A stretch of DNA of 64,000 nucleotides, taken from the NCBI GenBank assembly GCA_964016885.1, contig OZ024741.1:196726001-196790000 (forward strand), written 5' to 3'. The notes under the pieces were generated by a model. It did no database searches, was not told the DNA's origin, and saw only the letters and a program-made list of their open reading frames with translations. Position 1 is the first letter of the stretch; each line of letters opens with the position of its first letter. Position numbers and translations under genes: made by a program. This DNA is from Eledone cirrhosa. Lineage: Eukaryota. Of the stretch, positions 1 through 13,800 are shown piece after piece.

Positions 1-1015
1 GCTTTATAGATATATGAAAACAGCTCTACTAATTGTCTAGTATTTCACCAACCTTAGTAGGATTTGAACTCGGAACGTAAGGAGCCGTAACAAAATATTG
101 CAAGGCATTCTGTTCACCGCCCTACCTATTCTGTCAATCACCGCCCCTTTTCAAATCCCTTTACACACACACACAGACGCACACATATATATATATATAT
201 AATGTACACTCCTTCGATATATACCTTCGATCGTTTTCCCACTCTCTCAATGCTTTAATTAAGTCACTATCATTAAGAAACCAACCTAAAGGAAAGCAGA
301 GTGCACACAAATACGTTAAATAGCGAGAAAAACGATTTCGTATGGATAGGGAATATATTTGCGTGTGTCATGAGTTCAAAGCCCGCCGAAGTCAACTTTG
401 CCTTTCATGTTTCCGGGGTTGATAAAATAAAGTACCTGTTAAGTTCTGGAGTCGATATAATCGACTGGCTCCTTCCCCTAAATTCCTGTCCTTATGCCTA
501 TGTAAGAAATTATGTCTTTATATATAATCATATCATCATCTTCGTCATCGTTTTTACGTCTGCTTTTCTATGCTTGCATGGGTTGGGCATTATATAATAT
601 ATATATATGTATTAATATGAATTTATATATATATATTATTGATTCTTTGAAAATGTTTTTATTTGCAAGAATGGACGCGCATCAGGCGAAGCAAGAGTGA
701 TAATTTATATCGATATATATATTTTGTAATGTCGTAATTCACTGGTCTTCTGTCCGTACTCAATAGCCATAATAATTAGTTAAGTGTGGTTGAAGCCACA
801 TCTATTCAGTTATAAATGGGTCCACCTATGTATATGCACATATACTTTTTGGACCAGATCAGGCTATAGGAGTTTTCTCCCTTGCTTCCTTTTCAGTATC
901 TGTGCATTCACTAAAGGGAGTTTCGCTCTTGAAATTGTAAGGATAATCTCAATTGATTGAAATGTTTTCCCTACCTACCGTGAATATATACCGTATGTAT
1001 ATATATATATATATA

Positions 1016-1231
1016 ACGAAGGAGGTGTGGTAAGGAACCAGATGGACCATAACGCATCAGAGTACTCAATACTTAGGGTAGTAGAGTGGACCAGAACCAG
1101 AAATAGCCGTCGAAACTGCTTGAGCTCTGCTGTCGGAGCTAAACATTTTCCTATTACCCACTCTACTACCCTAAGTATTGAGTACTCTGGTGCGTTATGG
1201 TCCATCTGGTTCCTTACCACACCTCCTTCGT
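1016..1231. mobile_element. Foldback MITE with 74-bp TIRs inserted in a (TA)n tract
   Basis: 1016-1089 is the reverse complement of 1158-1231 (one mismatch) around a 68-bp spacer; flanked by TA on both sides. Confidence 0.85.
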
Positions 1232-1315
<84 letters not shown>

Positions 1316-1524
1316 TAAACAAATAATGAATAAACAATTCCTTATATTAAACAAAAAAAGTTCATTATTTAACGATCGTTTCTAGGATATATATGTGTTA
1401 GAATTGGCATGCATATTCAACAGATCTATGTACAAAATTATACAAAATTATACAAACTATCAAGATTAAATATACATACCAACACATATATATATATATA
1501 TATATGTGTGTATATATATATATA

Positions 1525-2516
1525 TCATCATCATCATCATCATCAACGTTTAACGTCCGTGTTCCACGCTTGCATGGGTTTGGACGGGGGTAGTCCCACT
1601 TGAGGCAAGAGTGATTGTCTTGCTCGCATAGGACTGTCTGGCAGGTTTTCTACAGTTGGATGCCCTTCCTAACACCAACCACATTTACAGTGTGGGTCTG
1701 GGAGGTTTTTACCGTGTTGCCTACACGGCCACATTACAGCGTGGACTGTGTGTTTTTTTGTCGTGACACCTACACGATCTCATTTGTTTCGGCCTGGATG
1801 GCGCGGCACCAACATAACTTTACATAGAACGGGGTGGTGTGGATGGGGTGGGGGTGGCGGCGGGAGGGGTGTATTTTGTTAGAGATGCCTACTGGCAAGG
1901 CGGGTCTTCTCTGTTACTGAGTACCGCCAAAGGTCACGGTCCAGTGACATTGTCTTGGAGAGGTGTAAGTGTGTGAGGTCGGAGTTTATCAGCTCATCCC
2001 ATGTTTTTCTAGGTCTGCCTATTCCGTGGCTACCGTCTATCTTTATTGCCCTGCACTTTGTAATACAGCTATCGACTTTCATGCGCATCACGTGTCCATA
2101 CCAACGCAGCCTTCTCTCGAGTAAACAACATCTGATCCCTCTTATCTCTAATTTTTTCCTTAGTTCGTTTATGCTTTGCCGTTCACGTATATTACTGTTA
2201 CACATCCAGCGGAGCATGCAAGCTTCGTTCCTCTCTAGTCTGCGTATATCCTCTGCACACAATGCCCAGGTCTCACTACCATGCAACATTGCTGTTCGTA
2301 TGCAGGCATCGTACAACCTGCCTTTCATTTTTAGGGAGAACCCTTTAGCAGCTAATAGTGGTATAAGCTCTCTGAACTTTTTCCAACCAGTTCTGACTCT
2401 AGCTACAGTACTTTCAGAGCACCCTCCCCCACTGCTGATTTTATCGCCCAGGTAACGGAAGCTGTCCACTATTTCTATAAAACCCTCTGCGCAATTGAAA
2501 GAGCTAGTATTTTGTG

Positions 2517-2520
<4 letters not shown>
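1525..2520 (-). mobile_element. 5'-truncated RTE-clade LINE (family B): RT C-terminal region, 3' UTR and (GAT)n tail
   Basis: Encodes [16 protein letters not shown]...WKKFREL...LHGSETWAL...[12 protein letters not shown]...GRPRKTW; ends in an ATC-repeat tail. Confidence 0.92.
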
Positions 2521-3165
<645 letters not shown>

Positions 3166-3359
3166 ATGCATACAAATCTTGCATTCATGGTAGGTAGGGA
3201 AAACATTTCAATCAATTGAGATTATCCTTACAATTATATACATATATATATGTGTATGTATGGTATGTGAAAAGTATGTTATGTATGCATGTGTATATAT
3301 ATATATATATATGTGTGTGTGCGTGTGCGTGTGCGTGCGTGTGTATGTATGCATGGATA

Positions 3360-3540
3360 TGGATTGGCAGTATCGGTAGAGAGTCGGACGCCATGCTTTG
3401 ACGCATAGGGTTACGGCCCTTGCCATTCTGAGTTCAAATCCCGCCGAGGTTAACTTTGCTTTTCATCCTTACGGGGTCGATAAAATAAAGTACCAGTAAT
3501 GCACTGGGTAATTGCTGGCCTTGTGCCAAAAGTAGAAACA
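3360..3540 (+). mobile_element. tRNA-derived SINE, young family
   Basis: GGATTGGCAGTATCGGTAGA head, B-box GAGTTCAAATCCC, core CTTTCATCCTTACGGGGTCGATAAAATAAAGTACCAG, AAAGTAGAAAC end. Confidence 0.88.
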
Positions 3541-3865
3541 ATTATGAAAATTCAAAATTTCACTCTAGCTTATTTACATATTTAGTCAACTGTCAAGATA
3601 TCTATTTAGGTAATGAAAAGTTGGTCAGGTCGCTTTGTGTAATGTTTATTGCAGCTGCCCGGTAGTGGCGGATGCGTGGTTCGATTCAATCAGGCGTCTC
3701 TGTCCACTTGTTCGCATCTCCTAGGGTAATTTACCTAACTAATTCAACTTATTCATAATAAAAATGAATAAATTTCAAGTTTTCAATCATGGCCAATTTC
3801 TTCGTAAACTATCCGTTTGTTTATATGTACACACTAACATAAACACGGACAGAAACACATATGTA

Positions 3866-3914
<49 letters not shown>

Positions 3915-4014
3915 ACTCACACTCATATATATTGTCCAACCCATACATGTATTGAAAAGCAGACATAAAATGATATGTATGTTCATATATATGTAGGTAT
4001 CATCATTATTTACA

Positions 4015-4192
4015 TGGATTGGCAGTATCGGTAGAGGGTCGGACGCCATGCTTTCCAGCATAGTTACGTCCCTTTACCATCTGAGTTCAAATCCCGCCGA
4101 GGTTGACTTTGCCTTTCATCCTTACGGGGTCGATAAAATAAAGTACCAGTAATGCACTGGTAATTGCTGGCCTTGTGCCTAAAGTAGAAACA
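4015..4192 (+). mobile_element. tRNA-derived SINE, same family
   Basis: Near-identical to 3360-3540 and 58166-58349. Confidence 0.88.
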
Positions 4193-4199
4193 ATTATTT

Positions 4200-4910
4200 C
4201 CATTATTTTATGTTTGCTTTCCATGCTAGCAAGAGTTGGCAAGAGTTGTCACATTTGAAGTATAGATTGATTACAAAACCATCTTTTTCATATGTTCCAT
4301 ATTTTTGTATGGTTTCTATGGTTAAATGTCCTTTCTAATACCAACCACAGTAAAGGGTTCTTTTATCATGGCACCACACTACCATTTTATAGAGTGAGCA
4401 GGTACATTTTTTTGTCTTCATTTAATCCCCAACCATTTTACAGTGGCACCACAACTAGAGAGGTTTTCAGATACCGGACATGTATAGAGGGACCTCTCTA
4501 TCCTATATTGCCTTTAGAGGCTACATAGGGTAGAGAGCATTGTACTGCTGTACATAGCATTGTACTGCTTGAACTGGTTGGCAGGTCTTTTGTATTATGG
4601 CATAACAGAAGTCAGCTTGTCCTATGTCATCTCTTTTGTGAGGTTTAGTTTCTTGATATCAGTGTTCCATGACTTTCTTGGTCTCTCTCTCTACTACAGG
4701 TTTCATCCACTTCAAGCACTCAGCACTTTTTATACAACTTTCGCTCTCTTTATGCATCACATGACCATGCAAGTGCAATCATATCTCTTGCATGCTACAT
4801 TTAATTCTTTCTTTATTCAGTTTATTTGGGTTCTGTTGTTCATGCACACTAACATAACATATGCAGTGGCACATATATGCCTCAATTCTGGTTACTTGAG
4901 ATAGCTTTTG
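4200..4910 (-). mobile_element. Heavily decayed RTE 3' fragment
   Basis: Degenerate 3' UTR motifs (ccatgctagcaag, aaccac...tttacag) and remnant RT C-terminal sequence. Confidence 0.55.
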
Positions 4911-5599
4911 CCATCTACTCCTTCTAGTGAACCTTCTGAGCATTTAAGGGATTTCATTTATTGAGTACCCTTATTGTTGATTACTACTGTGCATCTGCAA
5001 AGCTTTCAATTTCCAGCGTTTCAGGAAGTGACTCAGTTTCATCTTAGATGGGTAAAAATACATTAAGTACCATCTGAATTGTGTATTGTTTGATAATTGA
5101 AGATTGCTTTTAAATCTTTTAAACTACTAATTTCAAAGTTTTAAACACTAATTTCAAAGTTTTAAACTACTAATTTCAAAGACTTAGAAAGGAATTTTTT
5201 GAAAGATGTTTAGTTACAGTTGAAATAAATATTGGTTTGGTTCGTTTGTAAATATTGCAAGCGTTGTATAAATGTAAAATGCTTTAATCTGATTAATATA
5301 TGAAATCCAAAATTCCATATTAGTGCCAGTCACATAAAAATAGTTGTTTCTACTTTTGGCACAAGGCCAGCAATTATCACAGTGTATTACTGGTACTTTA
5401 TTTTATCGAAAATAGTGTTATTCAATATATTCCATCTTTATGCAATGAACCTGCTAGATTGAAGAATGCATTTTCATGTTTATGAGCTTTCATTATACAA
5501 TAATTAATTGCACAATTTAGATGATATATGTAAAACTATTATAATTGATTGTAAAATTACTTTCGAATGTGTTAAAAAATAATAAAAAATGTAATCAGT

Positions 5600-6720
5600 G
5601 GTCTTTTTAAGAAAGACTTGATTAGAAACAAAGGAGATGGACATTTTAGTTTATTAAAGGCGGAATCAAATAATATCACTGCTGTAAAAATACTTGGTAT
5701 GGCTACTAATACATTTTAGTAAAACACCTGTTCAAATTAGGTAAATGTAATGTCAAACAGAATTGTGAAAGTTTTAATATCTGAATTAGTGAGGAAAAAA
5801 ATATATATGAAGCAGCTCATAGATATTAGTAAAGATATTGATAGTATCATGTTTGGAATTGTCAGAAGACTAAAACTAAAATACCTTTAATTATTTTAAT
5901 TAGATGTGTTTGTGATTTACTTCAGTTAACAGTGTTTCATGCTTATGATGTCAACCAAAATCTTTGAAATTTCTTATAACAAAAATGCACAAAAGATTTT
6001 CTATCTCACCATTTAGACAGATAACTTATACAAACCTATACTAGGCAATTAATAAGTAAAACCCATTAGACATTTCTCTAAAGTTAAGAACTAGCTGGTT
6101 AACTATTGAACCGGCTGTGGAGAAAAATGAGAACTTAATTGCTAGAATTAAAAACCTATTTACAAATTATGAGAAATACTGAAAAGTGCAATATGGCTGA
6201 AATATTTTTTGAAATGTATTCAGATAACTGTTTCTACTTTAAGCACAAGGCCAGCAATTACCCAGTGCATTACTGGTACTTTATTTTATCGACCCCGTAA
6301 GGATGAAAGGCAAAGCCAACCTCGGCGGGATTTGAACTCAGATTGTAAAGGGACGTAACTATGCTGGAAAGCATGGCGTCCGACCCTCTACCGATACTGC
6401 CAATATAACTTGGCATATTTATTATTTATGCATTTCAGTGGGTAAATAAAACATTTGTGTCAAAGACCCTAAATGAAACTAAATTAGACAATTTAACATT
6501 ACTGGATAAATCATATGGGATTAAACTGAGACTACCTCATTTACTGATTTATTGACTTTATAATATTGGAAAATACTTTGATCTTTAAGCCTTATTTAGG
6601 TTATAGGTTTGAAAATAAAATTGAAGAATTAAAGAATCAAGGTAAAATTACAAATAGTGGAGATGTACATAAAAAAGTGATGTCAACAATTGCTTTTATG
6701 CTTATTCAAACATTTAGAAT
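5600..6720 (+). pseudogene. Decayed hAT-superfamily transposase relic, interrupted by a SINE
   Basis: Frameshifted translation gives RTSWLTIEPAVEK...LELKTYLQIMRNTEKCNMAEIFFEMYSD|NLAYLLF, resembling the hAT TRWLS region; boundaries approximate. Confidence 0.6.
6230..6404 (-). mobile_element. SINE with ATAACT target-site duplication
   Basis: Reverse complement of the young SINE family; ATAACT at 6224-6229 and 6405-6410. Confidence 0.9.
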
Positions 6721-6935
6721 CTATATTTTAATTTTTGAGTGAGAAAGAGAGAGTTGACACCAGAACTTGACTGGTACTTGATCAACCGAAAAGGATGAAA
6801 AGCAAAGTTAACCCTACTGGATTTGAACTCATAGCACCATGTGGCAACTAATACCAAGACATTTTTAATCCAGTGCTCTAACAACTCTACCAATTTTCCC
6901 CCTTCTATATTTTTAACTCAGTTGTAAACAATAAT

Positions 6936-7112
6936 TGTTTCTACTTTTGGCACAAGGCCAGCAATTATCGCAGTGTATTACTGGTACTTTATTTTATCGA
7001 CCCCGTAAGGCAAAGTTAATCTTGGCGGGATTTGAACTCAGACCGTAAAGGGATGTAATTATGCTGGAAAGCATGGTGTCTGACCCTCTACCGATACTGC
7101 CAATTCACCGCC
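6936..7112 (-). mobile_element. SINE with 17-bp TSD (CAGTTGTAAACAATAAT)
   Basis: TSD at 6919-6935 and 7113-7129; full-length head including GGCGGTGAATTGGCAG. Confidence 0.92.
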
Positions 7113-7410
7113 CAGTTGTAAACAATAATGTTATTAAAATATGACAGATTTTATTAATTCTCTGTTTTTGAGACAAACATTCAATTATGCTGATTCTTAT
7201 AGAAAAAATACTGCTGATATATAAAATTCCATTTATAAATAATTGTTATCAAATGTTTTATGTCTTTGAGTTTTATTCTCTATGAATTATGAATGATAAC
7301 CAAACCATGTCATGATACATCACTGCATTTTAACCATCCTTGATGGCCTGTGTACTTTTCAAATGATTTGAAAGCTAATAATCAAGTTTATTTAAACTTG
7401 ATAATGATTG

Positions 7411-7815
7411 CACCCAGTCCACTCCGTAAAGTGGTAGTGTTAGTACCATGATAAAATACACCCAGCATTTTCTGTAAAGTGGTAGTGTTGGTGACACAAT
7501 AAAATGCACTCAGTCCACTTTGTGGTAGTGCTGATGCCACGATAAAATGTACTCAGTCCTTTTAGTAAAGTGGTAGTGCTGGTGCCACAATAAAATGCAC
7601 TCGGTTTTCTCTGTAAAATGGTAGTACTGGTGTTGTGATTAATGCACCCAGTATACAGTGTTAAGTCATTGGCATTAGGAAGGGCATTCAGCTGCAGAAA
7701 GCATATCAAAATGCAATGTGTGAGTAGGACGTAGTCATCTGACCTGTCTAGTCACAGAACATGACAACACGTCAAACTCATGCCAGCATAGAAAGCAAAT
7801 GTAAAACAACTATGA
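7411..7815 (+). mobile_element. RTE-related non-autonomous repeat with tandemly expanded ~47-bp module
   Basis: About 5 degenerate CACCCAGT...GTAAAGTGGTAGTG units, then GGCATTAGGAAGGGCAT and a CATGCCAGCATAGAAA tail motif. Confidence 0.6.
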
Positions 7816-8089
7816 CAATGTTTCAAGAATGTTTTAAACCTTTCCTTATTGTATTTTTAATGAAATATTTTGTATTTTAATTAATTAATGAAGAATTTGG
7901 GTAGTATTTACTACAATTATAATTTGATTAAGATATTTGTAACATAGTAAAATGTTCTTATGTTGGAAGGTTTTAATTTAAGTAGGAATCCATTAAAACG
8001 AGTGGTTTTGTTTCATAGAAATAGTGGTGTTTTTAGGCGTGTTGGTATCAAAAGGTATCCACAAATGCTGTTTTGGAACTATGGTGAAT

Positions 8090-8640
8090 GAGTTTGGATG
8101 AACCCGATCTCTTGATATCACAGTATTGTGAGCCACATAAATGGTATTGTGGAGCCATGGTTGGTTTCCTCAGCATACTGCCTTGAACGATGTTATCAGA
8201 AAGAGTTTTGATGTGGCCAGTTTCCCATCACAACTGGAGCTAGCTGACCTTGACTGTGGTGATGGCAAGTGCTCTGACAGGATAACCATCTTCCCATTCA
8301 AAGGATGTAAATCTATAATCTGGGACACCACATACTGTGACACATTCTTTGCTTCCAGCCTTGTCACATTGGCCACAAGGCTGAGCACCGCTGCTTCTAG
8401 AATGAAGGAGAGGGAGATAGCCAAATACAGACTGCTTCCTTTTCTTGTCCTTGCTTCCTGCATTGCTGCTTTTCTCTGCAAAATTGGGAGGAGTGTATTC
8501 CACCTGAAGAGGGAGCACTATGAGATGGAGTGGCTGATGAAGTAGGTATTGCTGGTTGTTTTCCATTGTATTGCTTTTGTTATTTTGTCAGCAGGTCACA
8601 GCTGAAATATACAGCCATGACAAGGATGTAGAGCCTGCTG
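8090..8640 (+). mobile_element. CRE-clade non-LTR retrotransposon 3' fragment (restriction-like endonuclease domain)
   Basis: HTALNDVIRKSF...PSQLE...DGKCSDRITIFPF...IIWDTTYCDTF matches the H..LN...PS.LEP...DGKRPDG.T..PW...L.WD.T..DT motif of CRE elements. Confidence 0.75.
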
Positions 8641-9639
8641 TTCTCTGCTCTATTTCCTTTAATTTCGCCTTTTTTGTTTTGTTTGTCTTTTACTTTTATA
8701 TAATCCATTTGAAATTTGTTGAATAAAATGAGTAAATAAAGAATAAAATTGACGAATATTAATCTCAAAATAGACTAAAAATTCAGTCTTACGACTGATA
8801 CCAATAAAAGAATAAATACAGTATTTCTTTGGGCATAATAGGATCCATGTTTCTGAAGATAAAAACACAAATAAATTATAACCCTGAACATGATACAACA
8901 GGTGGCAAATTGGCAATTTGCCACCTCAGAGTGTTTGTTCCAATTCTCTGCATTCTAAGTTCAAATCCCACCAAGGTCAACTTTGCCTTTCATCTTTTTG
9001 AGGTCGATAAATAAAGTACCAGTCCAGTACTAGGCCAATTCTTCCCCTCGCTCTTTAGCTTTCCTTCTCTGGAAGGAATCAACTGTGTTCAGACCTGGAG
9101 AGGGATGGGTTCTGCCAAGTTTAATACCACTACAGTACCACTACCACTCCATCAGAAGTTAAAGGCCATGGATGAATGGTTATAATATGATCCCAGAATA
9201 CAGCTATGTCTATGTAAATATCTTTTGTACCATGTTATCCATCAAAATCCCAATCTCATACATATATTTCTCTCTAATATTCAGTTTCTCTTGACATTAA
9301 AGACTCTATTGTTCAGCAAACAACTTCACAGCATGGAAATTTTTGCCTTATTATTCAAGTGTGGGGTTGGGGAGTGTATATTTTAAGAATAATTAAGTCT
9401 CAGTTGTAAACAATAATGTTATTAAAACATGACAGATTTTATGTAGTCCTTTTTATTAATTTATTGTATTAATTCTGTCTTTGACAGAGAATTAATAAAA
9501 TCAACCAAATTAATAAAACTAATCAATTATACTGATTCCTGTAGAAGAAATACTGCTGATATATAAAATGCCATTTATAAACAATTGTTATCAAATGTTT
9601 CTTTTTTGAGATTTATTTCTTATTGTGTCCACTGAATGT

Positions 9640-9820
9640 ATGTGTATGTAACATTTTGATCCTTAATTCCTGAAAACGTGTATGTATAGTACAACCTACC
9701 ATTTTGATCTTTAATTCCTGAAAACATGTATATGTATATAATATGACCTAACATTTTGATCCTTAATTTCTGAAAATGTGTATCTGAGTATAATACCATC
9801 TACAATTTTGATCCTTAATT
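9640..9820. repeat. ~50-bp minisatellite, about 4 copies
   Basis: Recurrent ATTTTGATCCTTAATTCCTGAAAA. Confidence 0.8.
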
Positions 9821-10842
9821 TTAATTTTAATTTCTTGCATGATACATGTGACAATACTAGGGGCAATGTTTTGCCTAGTATGTTCCAAACTGAAGTTTAT
9901 ATGACATGTTCTATTTATTATAAGTAAATTGTTTCTGTTTGTTTTGACAACAGATTTTGGGTTAAGTATTTTATTTTATATCTCTCTTCAGTGTGTAATT
10001 ATAAGGTACTCTCTCATTCTCTCTCATCCTGACTTTATTATGTTGTGATGGTGGTAGTGATAACAATCTTTAAATCTTTCTATGCCAAACCAACCTGAAT
10101 TTGATTCAAAACTGCTCATTTTAAAATGTTTATCCTTTTATTAAAATTTTTCATTATAATTTCATTTTAGACATTTTTCTTAAGTAATGTTCTAAATATC
10201 AGCTTACTAATGAAAAACCTAGTTATTTTTTTAATTCCTCCAAATGTTTGGATATTTTCAAACTTAAACAAAACACATAGGCAGTGTATTCTATTAAAAA
10301 TACAGTAATGACTGTCCATCCATAATAAAATAAGAGTATCAATGCTTTGGCCTTTTCTAATGTTAGATTTTAGATGATATACGTTAAAAAAATGACAAAA
10401 AAAATGTGTAAAAGATTACAAGATATTTGTTTAGATTACTGTCTCTAAGTAGAGTTTATGTTGGGTTGTAATCCTCTGAACATTTCATGTCAGGTGTAGC
10501 TTTTGTTTTCTAATGTCTAATCCATATAACCAGTATGAAAGGCCTTATGAGGTCAGTTGAGATAAAAGTAGAATTATGATTAAGGCTTAAACTTAAAATC
10601 TGTTGAAAGTTCAAGATGAAGATATTTATCTACTTAATAGACATCTATTATTTGTTTTAATAATCTCTTCCCTTTCTTAGAATAGTCTGTTGTCTTGTAA
10701 ACTATATTGTTTTTCTTTTCTTCTATAATATTTGTTTTACATGTTTTGTTTTTTATTGCTAGCATGCTTTAGGCAATTTTGTAAATTCGAACATATGCTG
10801 GAAGACTGCTCTGCTCAATTATTTATGAGCTAAGTGTACTTC

Positions 10843-11153
10843 TTAATCCTTTTCTTACTGTATTATAAATAAAATACAGTCTAAAATATCAACAATTAAT
10901 TTTGAAAATTTGAAGAATTTAATGAGATAACTAACTTCTTCATTAATAAGATGAAATAACAAATTTGGAAGAATTTAATAAAATAGCTAACCTTTTCATT
11001 AGTAAATTGATAATTGGAACATTAATTAACAAAAAAAAAAATCTTGAATAAAATTATGATGGAAGGTTTTAATATAAGTATGAACATTTTAAAATGGGCA
11101 GTTTTGTATGAAAACCAAGGCAGTTTCTGGTGAGTTGGTATCAAAAGGGTTAA
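10843..11153. mobile_element. TTAA-flanked (piggyBac-type) AT-rich MITE; representative of many copies (~7833-8056, 14473-14646, 15130-15367, 17666-17885, 44669-44905, 45780-46010, 49102-49481, 52880-53062, 63769-63970)
   Basis: Ends TTAA-(C/T)CCTT...GGTATCAAAAGGG-TTAA; shared internal motifs (GGAAGGTTTTAAT, AGAACCAG) recur across the window in both orientations. Confidence 0.7.
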
Positions 11154-13357
11154 ATGTGTCATTTATTATGATTGAGAATTGTATCTGTATGTAAATTGTA
11201 AAGAGTTACAGATGGATATATATATGTATAAACACATATGGTGATTATGGTTGATAAAGAATATAAATGTAGGATTATAATAATGTAAGTATAGATTAGT
11301 GATGATAATGATAATAATGAAAATGAGAATTTCTCCAAAAATTGACTTCTTCAAAGAACATTTTAGTTTGCTTGCTTCCATCATAATTGCCACTCTAGTG
11401 AATTAAATCACTTCATAGTATAGAAATAATGAAATTATATAGAATTATAGGTAATTAATGAATAAAAAAAAAAATAGAAGTAATGAAATTAAATTGTCTT
11501 TATGTTGAAGGATTGTTACTTTAATAGGTGGAACAAAGCAAATATTATCTGGCTAATGAAAGCAAATTGAAACTTGAAAAAATAACTAGCAATAATATCT
11601 TTCATTTTTAGCTTTTCCATCAATTGTTTTTGATGCAGTAGAATTATTTACCTCCCAAATATTATTTATGCCTCCACTACACCCTGAAAAGTAGTTGATG
11701 GTAGGAAGAGCATCCAACTGTAGAAATGCTAAGATAAAATGTGCTCAGTAGGATGCGGGATCATATGTAAGCGTGATATGGACCCTTGCCTGTCAGAGCA
11801 ATCGATACAGTGCAGAACTTATGCCCATGAGATATGACCCCTGGCCCATCTGAGAGATCAGTAGCTCTGGTTAAGTACTGAACCGTCTGTAACGACCCTT
11901 GGTAGCAGAAAAATGGACATTAAATGATGATAATGACTAGTTACTTAAAGTATCATAAAAGAAAAAAATAATTAAAACAAAATAAAAACAAAGGTGACAA
12001 CATAAATTTATTTTAAAAATTGGTTTTATTTATCCATTGTTTGAAGATATTTCAACATAATTAGTGATGTACAATCTTCTGGAGTACTATATTATGTTTA
12101 TCCATCTTTATAAGTCTCATTCGCCCACTGTATTGGAGGCTATGAGGGTTGCAGCATCTTTCTTGACCACTCCCCATTGAAGTTTCTTGTCCCTTTTGGT
12201 AGTATCAAGTTATCCTCTGAAAATATTCATTTATTTATGTCTCTGGTGTAAATGTCACATATGTATGTAGTATATTCACGATGTAATCATCTCACTTGCC
12301 AAAACAAACTAATACAAGCCGAGGAAGCCTCTATGTAGTCACCCAACCTGCTAGAAATAGCCAAATCTCTCAAACCACAGCCTAACATTTTAATCTATAG
12401 TACACAATTCCTGATAAAAAAAAAAGAAAAAGATGAGATCATCAAAGTTAGATTACCTTTCTGCATAGGTGTATTGATCAAGATTCACTGAGGCCAAAGA
12501 ACAATAAGAGAAGCTGCCTCCATCATCGTCATTGTCATAACCATTACTGCAAATCCTACCATCACTGTCACTAACAACATCTACTCTGCAACTGCTATCA
12601 TCATCATCAATTATTTTTACAAGCTTTATTTGAGTTGACCAAAGGCACATAAACACATTGTCACAACAGTGAGAGAGGTGGTGACTTAGCAAAGATATTA
12701 GGACATCAGATAGAATACTTTGTGGTATTTCTTCTGGCTCACTGTGCTCTGAGTTCAAATCCTATGAAGGTCAACTTAGCTTTTTATCCTTTTGAGGTTG
12801 ATGAATAAAGTACCAGTCTAGTATTACAGTTGAATTCTCTTCTATATCTCTTTCTCCTTCTCTGTTCAGACTTGGAGAGGCATTGGCTCCATCAGGTCTT
12901 AAATGTCCAAGAAATGTCATGTCATGTATATATGGGCACAAGCAGTTATGGGTTCATACATGCATACAACAGCTAAATGTAGCCTAAATTAAGAAAACAT
13001 AACCAATGAAAATAGTCACCTAGTGGATAACTATAAATCTAATCAATTTTCAAGACCATCTAATTTTTTCATTGTTAAAATATTTATAATTTTAGCCAAA
13101 TGTCAAAATGACTGGCAATTTTAACAACTACAATTAACTATTTCAGAATAGTCATATTTAGTATTATATATCAAAAGTGTAGTACTGCAAGCATGGAAAA
13201 ATGGATGCTAAACAGTGATGTTGATGTCACTGGGAATTAATCCTAGATTTCTGGGAAAGGTGGTTTTTCTGGTCGAAATTGAGGGAGGTCCAACATATAT
13301 TATGAATTAGGGAAATTTTTGTGAATAAAATGGTAATAGTTAAAATTGTTAAATAAT

Positions 13358-13537
13358 TCTTTCTACTTTAGGCACAAGGCCAGCAATTACCCAGTGCATT
13401 ACTGGTACTTTATTTTATTGACCTCGTAAGGATGAAAGGCAAAGTCAACCTCGGCGGGATTTGAACTCAGATCGTAAAGGGACGTAACTATGCTGGAAAG
13501 CATGGCGTCCGACCCTCTACCGATACTGCCAATCCAC
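13358..13537 (-). mobile_element. SINE with AAATAAT TSD
   Basis: Young SINE family, reverse strand; AAATAAT at 13351-13357 and 13538-13544. Confidence 0.9.
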
Positions 13538-13591
13538 AAATAATATATTAAAATAGATTTACTTAGTTTAAAGTAATTGTTATAATGAAGG

Positions 13592-13800
13592 GTCCACGCT
13601 GTAATGTGGCCGTGTAGGCAACACGGTAAAAACCTCCCAGCCCCACACTGTAAATGTGGTTGGTGTTAGGAAGGGCATCCAGCTGTAGAAAACCCGCCAG
13701 ATAGTCCTATGAGAGCAAGATAATCACTCTTGCCTCAAGTGGGAAAACCCCCGTCCAAACCCATGCAAGTGTGGAACACGGACGTTAAACGTTGATGATG
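13592..13800 (+). mobile_element. Severely 5'-truncated RTE family B 3' UTR with ATGAAGG TSD
   Basis: Close reverse complement of ~1535-1746; (GAT)n tail; ATGAAGG at 13585-13591 and 13801-13807. Confidence 0.88.

Noticed and set aside
3360-3450. tRNA genes at SINE heads
   Set aside because: A B-box is present but no intact cloverleaf; followed by SINE core and tail, multi-copy with TSDs.
12453-12758. Acidic 101-aa minus-strand ORF
   Set aside because: Made of a SINE head, ATC-type low-complexity sequence and repeat-like sequence.
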